Shown here: piece after piece, positions 14,213 through 28,277 of the stretch
Layout: every line of letters starts with the position of its first letter
Position numbering within the stretch: position 1 is the first letter of the stretch
Source: Eledone cirrhosa
Taxonomy: Eukaryota
NCBI GenBank assembly: GCA_964016885.1
Contig: CAXHJY010001071.1
Location: 17,572-81,571 of the forward strand
Direction: 5' to 3'
Length of the DNA stretch: 64,000 bases
Notes under the pieces: model-generated
Seen by the model: only the letters and a program-made list of their open reading frames with translations
Told to the model about the DNA's origin: nothing
The model's database searches: none
Position numbers and translations under genes: made by a program

Positions 14213-15733
14213 TATATAGAGAGAGAGAGAGATAGAGATAGATAGATATAATCAGATAGATAGATGGATATAGACACATATATGCATACACTCTCACACA
14301 AAAATATATATAAAACTTACATATATAAACATATACTTATGAAATATGTATATATATATACTTATGAAATATGTAGTTTTAGTGTTATTAGTTATTAGTA
14401 AGCAAATAATATGACATCCCATTTACTATATTAAAGATAGGACTTTATAATATAATTCCGTGAGTGGGTTATCGTTCCTGAATGAAGGATTAGTGTCAGG
14501 ATGACTTTTGTCAGGAGATTCACTTCCTTAATCTTTAATCTTTAATATTTAATCATGGCTGCATAGGAATCCAATGCTTTATTGATCTCCTCTGATATAC
14601 ACACACATGTGTATCAACCCCAGCACATACGCATGTGTGTTTGTTCTCTGTTTCAATCACACACACTCATGTTACACATAAAACTTCCGAATAACACACA
14701 CAAACCCAGACACATACCCACATATATACGCACACACTCACACATATAACCGCATACTATACGCACACACTCACACATACACACATATATACGCACACAT
14801 ATACACCCATATATACGCACTCACCCACACACACATATACACACATTTATACGCACGCACTCACACACACACGCACACACACATACATATACGCAGACAA
14901 ACAAGAAGCACGTATAGATGCTCACACACATTCATATATGTGTGAAGAAAGAAGCGTATCTGCAACAGAAGGAAGCATCGAATGATACCCGTGAATCACA
15001 CACACACACAGACTGTCACATATATACGCACACAGGCACACTGATACATGTATATATGCGCACAGACACACACATACACACTCACATAAGTGTGAAGAGA
15101 GCAATACATGTGCAACAGAAGGTGACATTCGATTGATGGCCCTGAATCACACACACATACACACACACACACACATAACAACACCACTGATCGAGGCGCA
15201 CTCTCTGCTAACATTCTGTGTACAGAAATTCATGAAAAGTGAAAAAAAAACACACTCTCAAACACTGACTACTTCACACCTTATGGTTACCTCAGCTTAT
15301 ATTTCTGCAAACTTCTTTTTCCCAGCTAACTACTCACTTGTTTCCCGATGAAGGACTAACACCAGATACGTTGAATACAATATGTTTTTTTTTCATTTTA
15401 TTCAAGGTTTAAACTAAAAATGTTTTGGTAGTTCTTATCCGTGTATGTTTATCACGTTGTTTCTGAAAATCTGGTAAAGAAAGGGACAGAAAATAGGACG
15501 AGACTAGAACAATGTCGAATCTATCTATCTATAAATCTATGACGTACACACACATATACATATATATATATATATATATATAATAAGGAGTTGACAGACC
15601 CAGCATATTTATCAATGACAGGACCGGTTGTATCTCAGCGTACTCAATAGGCAATGTAGGATACATTCCCAGAGTATACACATAGTTATTCGTTTCAATA
15701 CAACACACGTAAAACGAGTGCCTATAGTAGTTA

Positions 15734-15842
15734 CAGGACTCGAGTTTCGGCCACACTTAATGCAGCAGTAAGGTCCACTGCAACCTCTGTCTGCATATAT
15801 TATGCAACAATGCATAATCGGCGCATTCGGCTTCATCAGCCG
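15734..15842 (-). ncRNA. Type I hammerhead with ~75-nt stem II insert
   Basis: Minus strand: cgg-CTGATGA-agcc...ggcc-GAAAC tcga GTC-ctg, with palindromic stem III actcgagt. Lies in a TA-flanked module at 15580-15923. Confidence 0.68.
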
Positions 15843-16638
15843 GATCGCCTAATCAATAACCAATCGATCGACAGAATCAAAAATCCCAGCCCATGCCGGC
15901 TATGACTGTTTGTGATGGCCAACATATATATATATATTTAGCTGTCGAAACGGCTTGACCTCAGCCGTCGGGGTCCTACTCGTTCCTATATATATATATA
16001 CATATGTAAAAGTTCTATTTACATTTTTGGGATACAACAAGCAAATATATTTATAACTGATATCAAGCACTCAACAAATATTTGGAGTGAAACTACGATA
16101 TTAACAAATGGAAACTATATTTATAAAACCATATTTATTTAATTATACATATTTCAAGGACAACAAGTTAAATTATAGTATGCTTTCATCAGATAAAATA
16201 CAATATAGATCAGTTTTACAAATGAATATTGACATACCCTTAAAGAATGCAACCATTACTGTTGGAAGCTCCCGGATAGTCTACCCGGGAGCTTGAAATA
16301 TGTATAATGAAATAAATATTGTTTTATAAATATAGTTTCCATTTGTTAATATCGTATATATATATATATTTATTTATTTATTAAAATAACAGTTTAAAGT
16401 TTAAGCAAAGAATCGCTGCTTATTTATCCTTATCGAGCCCTCTTTGGATTTTAGTCTTCAAATTTATTATTATTACTATATATATATATATAAACTTATA
16501 TATATATTATATTGGTTCCTATTACCCACTCTACTACCTCAAGTATTGAGTACTTTGGTGCGTTATGGTCCACCTGATTCCTTACCACATTTCCTTCGTT
16601 ATATATATATATATATATATATATACAGATATATCGAT

Positions 16639-16671
<33 letters not shown>

Positions 16672-16672
16672 C

Positions 16673-16704
<32 letters not shown>

Positions 16705-17194
16705 CTCTATCTATCCTATCTCTATCTATATAAATATGTATATGTATATTTACATACAAGACATGTCATATTGTATCAAACCATACGTCAGTTGTTATTT
16801 TCTTTTAGTTATACTTGACCTATATTAAATAAATATGAAAATATGATAGTACAGCCAAACCTATTTACATCATTTTTCATTCATGTCATCATCTTTCAAA
16901 TGGTTTGCTTTTGCACTGATATATTATCGTGTAGAAATATTGGCTGTTTAACATTACATTATTGGTTTATGAATAAATACAGAGGAATATTGGATTATTT
17001 TGAGAGGATTAAGAATGATATTTTCGAATGGATTTTCTAAATACACTTTTGAACAGCAAAATCTATGTAGTTTGAAAGCATCATAATTATTAGAACGACA
17101 GGTAGAATGCATTGCGCTTTTCATTCTACGACTCTGCGCAGACAATTCTTTATCGTTTCGTTTGTATATAATTAACATGTTAATATTTCAAATA

Positions 17195-17483
17195 GAGTCG
17201 CTACTTCACCGAATTGCGTAGTGCCAGCTTCGATATTACAGACATGTGTTTGGAATGTCTCAGGAAGAATCACTGGAAAAATCTGCAGCTCGGACATCAG
17301 AGAGTCGCTCTAAGTAGAGAGGCTGCTTCTCCGAATTGAGAAATCCAAGCTACGATATAATGGACAGGTGAGTGGAATGTCTCCGGAAAGAAACACTGGA
17401 ACGATTTGTAGCTCGGACATCAGAGAGTCGCTCCAGTTAGAGATGCTGCTTCTCCGAATTGAGTGATCCCAGCTCCAATATAA
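17195..17483 (+). repeat. 123-bp tandem repeat (~2.3 units) derived from RTE LINE coding sequence
   Basis: gctcggacatcagagagtcgctc at 17288 and 17411. Translates to DIRESLQLEMLLLRIEKSKLRYNGQVSGM. Confidence 0.65.
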
Positions 17484-17514
17484 TTTCGGCAGAAAGACAA
17501 TAACTCTTTTTTTT

Positions 17515-18285
17515 TGTGGGGATGTGAATAAAAATGGATTAAATCGACACCAGTGAGTTATTACTTATTTTTTCTTTAATTAACCGCGAGAGGATGAAAC
17601 GCAGAGCTCACCTCGGCGGGATTTGAACATAGACGGCCGTAACAACATTGCATATGGCCATACCCCATAGCCAACACAATACGAGACAACAAGAGGAGAA
17701 TACCATAATTTGGGAGAAAGTATTACGGCCCTTTATGATCTGAGTTCAAATCCCGTCGAGGTTAACTTTACCTTTCATCATTACGGGGTCGATAAAATAA
17801 AGTACCAGTCACGCACTAGGGTCGATTAAATCGACTTTCCCCTCCTCAAAAATTGCTGGCCTTGTGCCTATATAAGAAACCATTATATTAGATTCTGGGT
17901 TTAAACGAGTTTATTTCCAGGATCCTCAATAAATGTTTATTGAGGTTATAAACAGGGATAGCTGCCAACGCACCCATTATACATGTTAACCCTAGCATGA
18001 CCATTAAGACATCAAGAAACACTTAAATATAGCTGATTCAAGCAATGGCAATATAGAGATCAGGACCCTCAATGAGGCTAGCTAAGCAGAGGTATAATAA
18101 CTGTTTCTACTTTTGGCACAAAGCCAGCAATTACCATGTACATTACTGGTACTTTATTTTATCGACCCCGTAAGAATGAAAGGCAAAGTTAACCACGGCG
18201 GGATTTCAACGCAGACCATAAAAGGGCCGTAACTCTTTGTTGCAAAGCATGGCGTGCGACTCTCTACCGATACTGCCAATCCAGC
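17515..18285. mobile_element. Cluster of three SINE family 1 copies (17515-17645 -, 17720-17885 +, 18100-18285 -)
   Basis: Matches to B-box and core consensus. Confidence 0.75.
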
Positions 18286-18893
18286 GATAACACCATATAA
18301 CAATTCGCCCACACACAAGAATTGACATTTGTCTCATATTGAACCTTACCAACGAATTCATAAACATTGTGTTATATATTCTTTTGTATAATATTCGTGT
18401 GTAACAAATTCAATACGAGAAGGGCAAATAAATATAGGGCAACCATGTCTCTCAAATGAGATACGACAGGTTAACAGTAAAGTAATAGAAATGATCTAGA
18501 TGGCGGCCAAATTTAAGATGTCACAAATTTCCGACTAGATGTCTCGGCATCACATAGCCCAGTATGGTCAGAGAAAGAAAGAATATGGAGGTCCTCCAAT
18601 AAAGGGTTCACCCAACAGTAGTGGGAATGCCTTGGATTTCGATTACGATTTAGATCCTATGGTTAAATCCAAAGTAGTATCGGGTGAACCCATTTCAGCA
18701 ATATTTGCTATTACTTAACTGCAACGTTCGTTAGGATAAGGCCGCATAACACAAACATAATAAGCAGTATCTCTTAATGTTTATTCGATCCCAGTAATCC
18801 AAGACAGGTATTCATATTTATATTCATATTTAAAGTTAATCTATCAACAGACAACATAAAATAAAACATGATTTGAGACAAGAAATAATTTGC

Positions 18894-18967
<74 letters not shown>

Positions 18968-19081
18968 GTATATATGTACATATATATATATATTATTTGT
19001 GCGTGTGGGTATATATGTATGTATGTAAATATAAATGTATATATACATATATATATTTGTTTGTGTGTATTAGCATTTATT

Positions 19082-19264
<183 letters not shown>

Positions 19265-19911
19265 TTTTGTGGGAATCAGTGTGTATATAGTTGGCATAGA
19301 CAGTGTGATATTTGAAATAAAATATATATAATAGATAGATCAAGTATTAATGCGTAAATATTGAATATTTTCAATAACCTGTCACCGATAATATAAATAT
19401 TATACAATTTCAACGATAGCATTTGATCTTCGAATAAATACTGAAAACGATTTGGTAAATATTAATTAATTATAAAAGTTTAACTTGAAAGTGAAAAGAA
19501 AACAAAATATATCATAACGGATAATAAAATTCTAATATTCGGAAATGCAGCTTCTAAAATATCTTGTGTACGCGGATATCTATGAGCAAATAGGTAGACA
19601 ATCTATATTCTCTGTGTATACGTGTGTGTCTATGTTTATGAATAGAAATTCAACTTGCATCCACGCATCAATTTATCCATTCAGCCGCCACAGACATTAT
19701 AGTCATTTACATATATATATATATATATGCATATATATATATTTAAGAGATATATTTGATATATCTCATATGAAATAATACAGCCAATTTTCCACACAAT
19801 ACAATTAGTTAGCACTCCGAACATTTAATTAGGAATATACTCACTTATTTCCTAATGTTTGTTGAGTGAGTTGGGATTTGGCCGGAGTATCGCTAAAAGC
19901 TTTCTCCGATA

Positions 19912-19961
<50 letters not shown>

Positions 19962-20048
19962 TGGAAAAATTTGAACAGGAACAAAACAGAGAGGCAGTAC
20001 AACGAATGTTTATTAATTTCACGCTCTGGAGAGTGGGGTGGTGGTGGG

Positions 20049-20083
20049 GAACGACGTTTCGGGCATAAGCCCTTCCTCAGGTG
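20049..20083 (-). ncRNA. Minimal hammerhead core
   Basis: Minus strand: ac-CTGAGGA-a-gggc ttat gccc-GAAACGTC-gt. Stem I is only 2 bp in this copy. Confidence 0.62.
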
Positions 20084-20710
20084 AGAAGTGTGTGGGAACA
20101 GAGTTCAAAGGGTGTGTAGGGGAGTAGTGGAGAGACATATAGCGAAAGGAAACGGTGCGAATGAAATTAAAAATAAAAATAAAAATAAAGCATGATCAAA
20201 TTACAAGGAATGAAATAAATTTAAATATAAAAGCATGATCAAAATAAACTGAAATTAAAAGGGGGTAAAACAGGTGGCGGAAGGGTGTGGGGTGTGTAGG
20301 GGTGGTGGCGGGTGGAGTGGGGAGAGGGAGACGGGGTGTCCGAGCGGGGAGGGCTGAAGGTGGTGTGTGTGTGTAGGTGTACGTGTGTGTGTGTGTGTGT
20401 GTGTATGTGAAAGTAAGGGTTGGGGAAGAACGGAGTTGCATGTTCAGGAAGAAGTGTGTGTGTGTGGGGGGGAGGTCGGAGTGTCTCTGCGTGTGTGGAT
20501 AGAGGGGTGGGGGGAGAGGAATCAGGAGGCTGAGGGTGTAAATATGTGGTGGAAAGCACGTGTGTGTGGGGTTTAAGCGTGTTGTTGGTGTAGGTGGCGT
20601 GTGGGAGAAAAACATTTTTTGGGTGTATGTGTGGGTGAGTTATATAGGTGATTCCGTAAGAGGATGGTTGAAATGTTGGTAAATTCCTATGTATATATAT
20701 ATATATATGC

Positions 20711-20809
<99 letters not shown>

Positions 20810-21333
20810 CATACATAGATTTATTTCGGATATATATAACGGCTCCTTAATTGTAGAGCTAAAGCGGTTGAAAGGACTCAGCTGCTATTTATAGCTGTCG
20901 ACCACCCTATTCACGCACATGGGAGGACGCTAGCATGTTGTTAGTAGTTTTAGAAATGCAACACGAGCGACGGATCACTCGCAGATTTGCATTTGATGTG
21001 TAAACACAGATAGTTATTTCTTCCCCCTTGCTGAAGATCCATGATTTGACTACTGTAACTTTGCGGATTATTGGTGAAATCTATTTCTGTAATGAAATAT
21101 ATACAAGGAGGATTAATCATTTTTTAAAAGGTAATATTTGAAGCTCTAGTTAAACTTTAATTAGTTACCTATCTAGCTATGTGTGATTACACACTTTACA
21201 AATTATCACCTGTGATTGTTTCATGTGTTTATTTTAAATATATATATATATATGTCATTCAATTTCTAGTTGATACACACATACATACATTTCATATATA
21301 TATACATTTAGATATTACATATAGATATATATT

Positions 21334-21368
<35 letters not shown>

Positions 21369-21477
21369 GAATAGGTAAATATTTATATTATATTTTTTAA
21401 TTTGGATTAATTTTAATTGTATATTAATTTTGATTTATTTTGAAAAATTGATTGAATTTTACTTGTTCTGCTTATCT

Positions 21478-21574
<97 letters not shown>

Positions 21575-21706
21575 CATATAAATATATCGAAACGGCTTGA
21601 GCTCTGCCGTCGGTGTCATATATTTTCCTATTACCCACTCTACTACCCTAAGTATTGAGTACTCTGGTGCATTATGGGCCCTCTGATTCCCGACCACAAC
21701 TCCTTC

Positions 21707-21741
<35 letters not shown>

Positions 21742-21767
21742 CGTTTCTGAATTTGTTTAGCAAGATT

Positions 21768-22628
21768 CTTTATCTGAAAACGTGTGTTGAAACCGATATT
21801 GTTATACTTTGTGAGGGTCATGTTGCCAATAAAAAACACACGCACCAGTTGCTTCACTCCAATTTATTATAAATTAAATTTATAGATTTAAGAATTTATA
21901 AATATCCGGTTGTTTGGTTGGTTCCACAACCGGACGGTTGTTCTTATATTATCAAACTTCTTTTGTCACACATTCTGTGACCTCTTCTGTGACTGGGGAT
22001 TCTTTTCTTTGTTTTGTGCCTCTCCTTTGTTCTGTCCTACGCCATCTTGTTTTTGTGTGTGTTGTGTGCTTAGTTTGCGCATGTGTTACATCCGGGTGTC
22101 TGTGTATGTTTTTATTTGTTTATTTATTCGTTTATTTATTTGTTTATTTACATGTTACTGGTTGGTTATTTGTTGTATGTGTGTTTTCATTTTGTCTTTC
22201 CTTGTAAGTTGTGACGTTGCTATTCCATTCATGTTTTCTATGTAATTTTGATTGGAGTTCCTTTAGGTTTATTGCCTCTGTGATTTGTCTAAACATTGCG
22301 TCTTTTCTGTGTGTAGATTCTATTTTTATTTCTCTGTTCTCTAATTTGCCCTTATGTTCTATTTTAGCATGTTGGTGGAGTATTGATGAGTCTTTTTTAT
22401 CTTGAAGGTCTCGCAAGTGTTCATTGAACCATTCTCCTATACTACGAGCTGTCTCACTTATGTACACTATATTCTTATCTTTACATTGTCCTTCAGTACA
22501 TCTTATGCTATATACTACATTTCTAGTTTTATAGTTAACATGGGGGCTTAGTTTACAGATTATGCATTTATTATCTATACAGGGAGGTCTTTGAAAAGGG
22601 TATGTATTGCTAATAAGTGTTTTTTATG
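21768..22628 (-). mobile_element. 3' fragment of Naiad-like PLE (GIY-YIG + pLTR)
   Basis: ORF 22144-22467 (YISETARSIGE, ILHQHAKIEH, RQITEA, HRKHEWN) and upstream NVVYSIRCTEGQC. The terminus resembles that of the 58975 copy. Confidence 0.82.
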
Positions 22629-22701
22629 GAATTAACTGATGTGAGTGAGTGTTTGTCGTGGGCGGATAGTACGGGGCCCAAACCTTGGGTGTACACTAAA
22701 G

Positions 22702-22732
<31 letters not shown>

Positions 22733-22738
<6 letters not shown>

Positions 22739-25186
22739 GAGTTAAACAAGATTCAAATAGTACATCAAAGAATGAGTTTTACAGTAGATTGGAAGCACTC
22801 TACAGTTAAAAATATTTTCCAGAGTTATTAATATTAAAATACAAATATTAATAAAATAGATGTTCTTTTGATCAATAAAATGTTATTATACATATTTCAG
22901 AGGTACAACAGTACGTCCTCATCAGACAAAATATAATGATACATGACATACCCTGAGATGTTAAATGGTTAAGATTTAATCAAGGTAGTGATTAAGTTAT
23001 GAGAAAATTCAACCTTTATACCCTAATAATGAGAAAATGCGAAAACGTAATAGAATCAATAGAGAAGGTATGAGTAAAAAAACGTTGCTTTAATATAACA
23101 GTTATAGAGACTTTAGAATGTGGGATACTATTAATTCGGATTATAGAGGAAGTCGTGTCTGGAGTTATTATTTTATTACAGCTTATGAAAGCTACCGATA
23201 GATAATTAAAGAGAGGGAGAGATAAAGGAGATTAATTTGTGCCAAAAAATGTTTTCCACATATGGACTGAGCGGTTAAATTTCAAAATATTTAATTTATT
23301 TTATTTTAGGGTGAAGAATCAAAATTTTAGGTTTAAAAATTGATGGTTATATATATTAATTTTATTACTTTTTATTTTTGTTTTATTTTTAAGTGTTGCA
23401 TTTCTAAAATTCTGAATTTTAATGAAACAAAATTTTAAAGGATTTACTAGGCCCGCGAAAGAAAAATATACAGTGTTGAATATTCCCCATATGTAATCAC
23501 TAACAAAATTACCTATAACAGTGTCCAAATTTTTGGTATGTTACAAATATCGAAGAATTTATTGTCAAGTAGATACATTGTCAAAATATAATGATTAACG
23601 CACAGTTTTCAGCTATATATATATATACACGCACACACAAACACATGTATATATATATACATGTGTTTGTGTGTGTGTGTGTGTGTGTGTGCAGTTATCG
23701 TAATAAATTAATATTTATTATATTATATTCCTATATTAGTTCTACGTTTAAGGGAAGAATGAACTCTAAATAATGATTATGTTATTGTACAATATATATA
23801 TATTTGCACAAATTATATATAGCGTTATACCGAAACAACAATTATGATTAAGTTATAAATATAGATGCAAACAAATCTAAATGTAGAGATATACGTAACT
23901 AATATTATGATTATGTTATTATACAATATAAACATATTTGCAAAAAATTAGGTATAGAGAGATATACTAAGTATTAATGAGACAGTATACTTTTGGTAAA
24001 TGATAACGATTATAATCTTAGATAATAGATTGAAATATGTATAAGTTAGATAGATACATATATATAAAAGAGTGTAAACGCATGAATGATTCACAGTTCA
24101 AAATAAGGTCAGTAAAAATGTACAGGCTGGATGTTTGAACTATATTTAAAACATAGATAGAAAAATAAATATAGATAAATAATTCTATGGATCAAAGTTA
24201 ATAATATTCTAAGAACTATATGTTATGTATATCAACGTGCCAGCATGTTATTGAACAAGTGTCATTCATTGAAACGTTATTTCCTTTATAGATGGTTATA
24301 AGATAAAGCAATATTAAAGGCCATTAAGTGTTATAACTATTGATTATGTACGTCTAAAAGCCAAGTTTGGTTGCTTATTGTTTTTTTCCTGGTCTTATTG
24401 GAGGCTTGAAATGTAGACAAGGCTTTATGAAGGCAGTTAGAGAATAATTCACTTTTTTGTTAATTAAGGTCTCATAATTATTAATAATCAAAAGGGTCCC
24501 CATTGTACAAAGCGCGCAGTTACTTGATATACTTGAGTTGCGGTAAACACCAGTATTACGAAGTTTCGTCCAAAAAATGGAGTATTTTATATTCTTCTCT
24601 TTTTAATGACCATATAAGCTGTGATAAAGAAGTGGATGATTTCCTCTTGGAGTTCGGAAATGAACATTTATGATTCGCAAATCTAACTTTAAATGTAGAA
24701 GAAGTCGATCCTATGTAGTTGTATGTCTTGTAACCAGTTTTTACAGTGCATTTATACACCAAATTACTATCCAAACAATTATTTTGCAGAGGGCAGTCAA
24801 TTTTATTTCTACAATACAATTTGGTTTATTAACATTTATGTTAACACTATTATTAAGATCATTATGCTGATTCTGCTTTAGAATTTTACTGTTTAATTTA
24901 GCAATGTTTTGGGCTATATTCATAGTCGTAGAATAAGATAATTTAATAGTGTGTCTATTAAAAATGGAATGGTATTTATGTTGAGTAGGGAAAGAGGTGT
25001 CCAAAGCATTAAAGAATATTTATAAAGAATTCTTCGATGTTTGTAAGATAAGTACTTCTTAAACTTTACATACCGAAAATGTTGACACTGTTATAGGTAA
25101 TTTTGTTAGTGATTACATTTGGGTAATATTCAACACTGCATATTTTTCTTTCGCGGGCCTAGTAAATCCTTTAAAATTTTGTTTTC
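22733..25186 (-). mobile_element. Degraded PLE 3' part (WFNPP-type GIY-YIG, long AT-rich 3' UTR) with inverted UTR segment at its 5' end
   Basis: ORFs 24741-25004 (IFNRHTIKLSYS) and 24556-24819 (CPLQNNC, LVYKC, YIGSTSSTFKVRFANH). 25027-25186 is inverted relative to 23425-23560. Boundaries are approximate. Confidence 0.72.
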
Positions 25187-25664
25187 ATGTGGAGTACTTG
25201 GCTTAGATAAGTACCAATCAGTACGAAACAGAGCTCTGTCAGCTTTATCTTAGTTGTTTGCTGAAAATTTAAAGTAAGTGAGACTGTCACTACTCTAAAG
25301 ATATAGCGTAAGGTCTTCGAAATGCTTTAAATTAAGCATACATTGTATTGCAAAATACACTATATATACATTCATATATATATCGCTTTTTCAGAGAACC
25401 AATTCTAATTTTCAATTTCTGCTTGACCGGCATCCGCTCTGTATAATCAGATCCTGATTAAGAATCAAACATTCAGGATTTTCATCAAACAGGTGGAGTA
25501 CTTGACTTTGATAAGTACCAATCAGAAAGAAACAGAGCTCTGTTAGCTTTATCTCCCTTGTTTGCTGAAAATTTAAAGTAAGTGAGACTGTCACTATTCT
25601 AAAACAATAGCGTAAGGTCTTCGAAATGCTTTTAATTAAGTATAACAGGTATTGCAAAATACAC

Positions 25665-25799
<135 letters not shown>

Positions 25800-25806
25800 G
25801 TATATA

Positions 25807-25878
<72 letters not shown>

Positions 25879-25901
25879 CAATATTAGTATTATTGGGGCA
25901 G

Positions 25902-26011
25902 CCACTGATGAATTATAGGAGCCCACTTGATGGTATACAAGCTCCTACATAAATTGGTATAATTTCACCCAAATTGTAGGAATCCTATAATGAAACGAGA
26001 CGTCCGTCTGG
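25902..26011 (+). ncRNA. Type I hammerhead ribozyme with long branched stem II
   Basis: cca-CTGATGA-attatagga...tcctataat-GAAACG agacgtc CGTC-tgg. Stem I is short (3 bp). Confidence 0.7.
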
Positions 26012-26585
26012 GAAGAGATATATTAGATATGTCTCATTTGAAATAATACAGCCAATTTTCCACGCAATACTTTTAGTTAGCACCCCGAACACATAATTGG
26101 GAATATAATCACTTATTTCCTAATGTTTGTTGAGTGAGTTGGAATTTGGCCGGAGTATCGCTAAAAAGCTTTCTCCGATATTGTATTTATTTACTTACTC
26201 TTGGCGCAGCAGATTTGAAAAAAATTCCCGGTATAAGGTTAGCATTTCTTTGTTTATTTTTTATATATGAATATTGATTGTTCCTTATATCTCATTCTGT
26301 TATTTTGCCCGAGAAAATATCTGTGTGTGTCATCACACACATGGATATTTTTTCAATTTCCAATTGAGTTCATAGCACGTGGCCTGAATTCCTTTCAGAG
26401 TTCATTGTCACGCGCATGTATTGTTTTTTTTTGGCGGTAATTCACTTCCTCATTTTTTGAATCAGTTCGAGCACTTCTTTCAGAACTGCCGGACTGGCAA
26501 CCTGACAGATACCTCAGGCACAGAAAGTGATTATCGCTAAATGCTGATGTTGGTTAGATTATCAATATTAGTATTATTGGGGCAG

Positions 26586-26695
26586 CCACTGATGAATTAT
26601 AGGAGCCCACTTGATGGTATACAAGCTCCTACATAAATTGGTATAATTTCACCCAAATTGTAGGAATCCTATAATGAAACGAGACGTCCGTCTGG
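26586..26695 (+). ncRNA. Second copy of the same hammerhead
   Basis: Identical core and stems, offset 684 bp. Confidence 0.7.
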
Positions 26696-26875
26696 GAAGA
26701 GATATATTAGATAGGTCTCCTTTGAAATAATACAGCCAATTTTCCACGCAATACTTTTAGTTAGCACCCCGAACACATAATTGGGAAAATAATCACTTAT
26801 TTCCTAATGTTTGTTGAGTGAGTTGGAATTTAGCCGGAGTATCGCTAAAAAGCTTTCTCCGATATTGTTTTTATT

Positions 26876-26930
<55 letters not shown>

Positions 26931-27007
26931 AATATATAATTAAGCATAAAGTGTATTGCAAAATACACTATATATACATAAATATATATACATATATTTG
27001 TATATAT

Positions 27008-27046
<39 letters not shown>

Positions 27047-27047
<1 letters not shown>

Positions 27048-27525
27048 TGGTAAACGGAATAGAAAATGCTGACAAATTGTTCACAGTTGAAAAATGGTTT
27101 AATTAGGAATAAAACAGTATTAGTGATTGTATGGGTTAGTATTCAGTTGTGGTTTTAAGTTTTTAAGTTTTTACCGGTTGCGCATTTCTAAATGCTTTTC
27201 AAAAATAATTTTGAGATAGAGTGTCCGTGCTGTTTGCTCTGATCTGATTAGTTTTAGGAATTCTACCTGTTTTTATGTTAAAAAAGTGGCTCCAGCGTTA
27301 CTTTGGTGTTGCAAAATTTCTTGTGGTCAAAACAATTTTGATTGGTTGGTAGAGGTCATGTGAGTGTAAAAAATTGATTTTGCGCCAAGACTATTTTTAT
27401 GTTAAAAAAGTGGCTCCAGCAACAATTCTTGTGGTCAAAACAATTTTGACTGGTCGGTAGAGGTCATGTGAATAAAAAATTGGTTTTGCGCCAAGATTGA
27501 GAAATGACTCTTTCACAACAAATAT
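27047..27525 (-). repeat. 3' pLTR of full-length PLE (with internal ~130-bp duplication)
   Basis: Direct repeat of 31940-32294. The segment ttttatgttaaaaaagtggctccagc... occurs twice in this copy. Confidence 0.88.
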
Positions 27526-27559
27526 GTGTGTGTGTGTGTGTGTGTCTGTGTGTGTGTGT

Positions 27560-27591
<32 letters not shown>

Positions 27592-27668
27592 AGTAGTAGT
27601 AGTAGTAGTAAGGTGTTCGATGTTGTGATAATGGTTAGCACCGATGTGTGTCAAATGGCTATTGAGAT

Positions 27669-27743
<75 letters not shown>

Positions 27744-28277
27744 GCAGAGTAATTCGTGGTGGCAGGGATGGTCAGTAAGAATGTGTCTGAAAGCAATGGG
27801 GGGTATTTTAGCATGTCAAAAGATATTTTTCAGCTTTTGTCTTATACGGAGAAGTGCGTATGTGTGTGTGTGTGTATATAAGTCTCTTTGTATGTTGATG
27901 TACGCGTGTGTATGTGTGTGTGTATATATATATGTGTGTGTGTGTGTGTTTGGACCAGTATTTTTTCCCCGTAGTAAAATGGTGTACATTATTCGATTTT
28001 TTCAGTAAAATCGGTTCTCTTAATAGAGCATCAAAAATCTTAACAATAAAAGGTGTGAAATGATATTCACTATATATATATACACACATACATATATTCC
28101 CTATATACATATATATATATACATATATACATATATATACACATATATATGCACATATATTTTTTTGTGTTGCAACAAAGAGCATGTGTGTTTACGTATG
28201 TCATTGTGTTTATATGTGGGTAGAGATGTGTGCTGATGTAGGTATGTATGTTGACGTGTGTATGTTGTGGGTTCGTC

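Larger units (their letters stand above)
25874..26877 (+). mobile_element. Non-coding retrozyme-like / pLTR-tandem element: two ~320-bp HHR-containing direct repeats 684 bp apart
   Basis: 25874-26193 and 26558-26877 are almost identical. Each carries CTGATGA..GAAAC..GTC. There is no ORF, and both sides are flanked by (TA)n. Confidence 0.75.
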
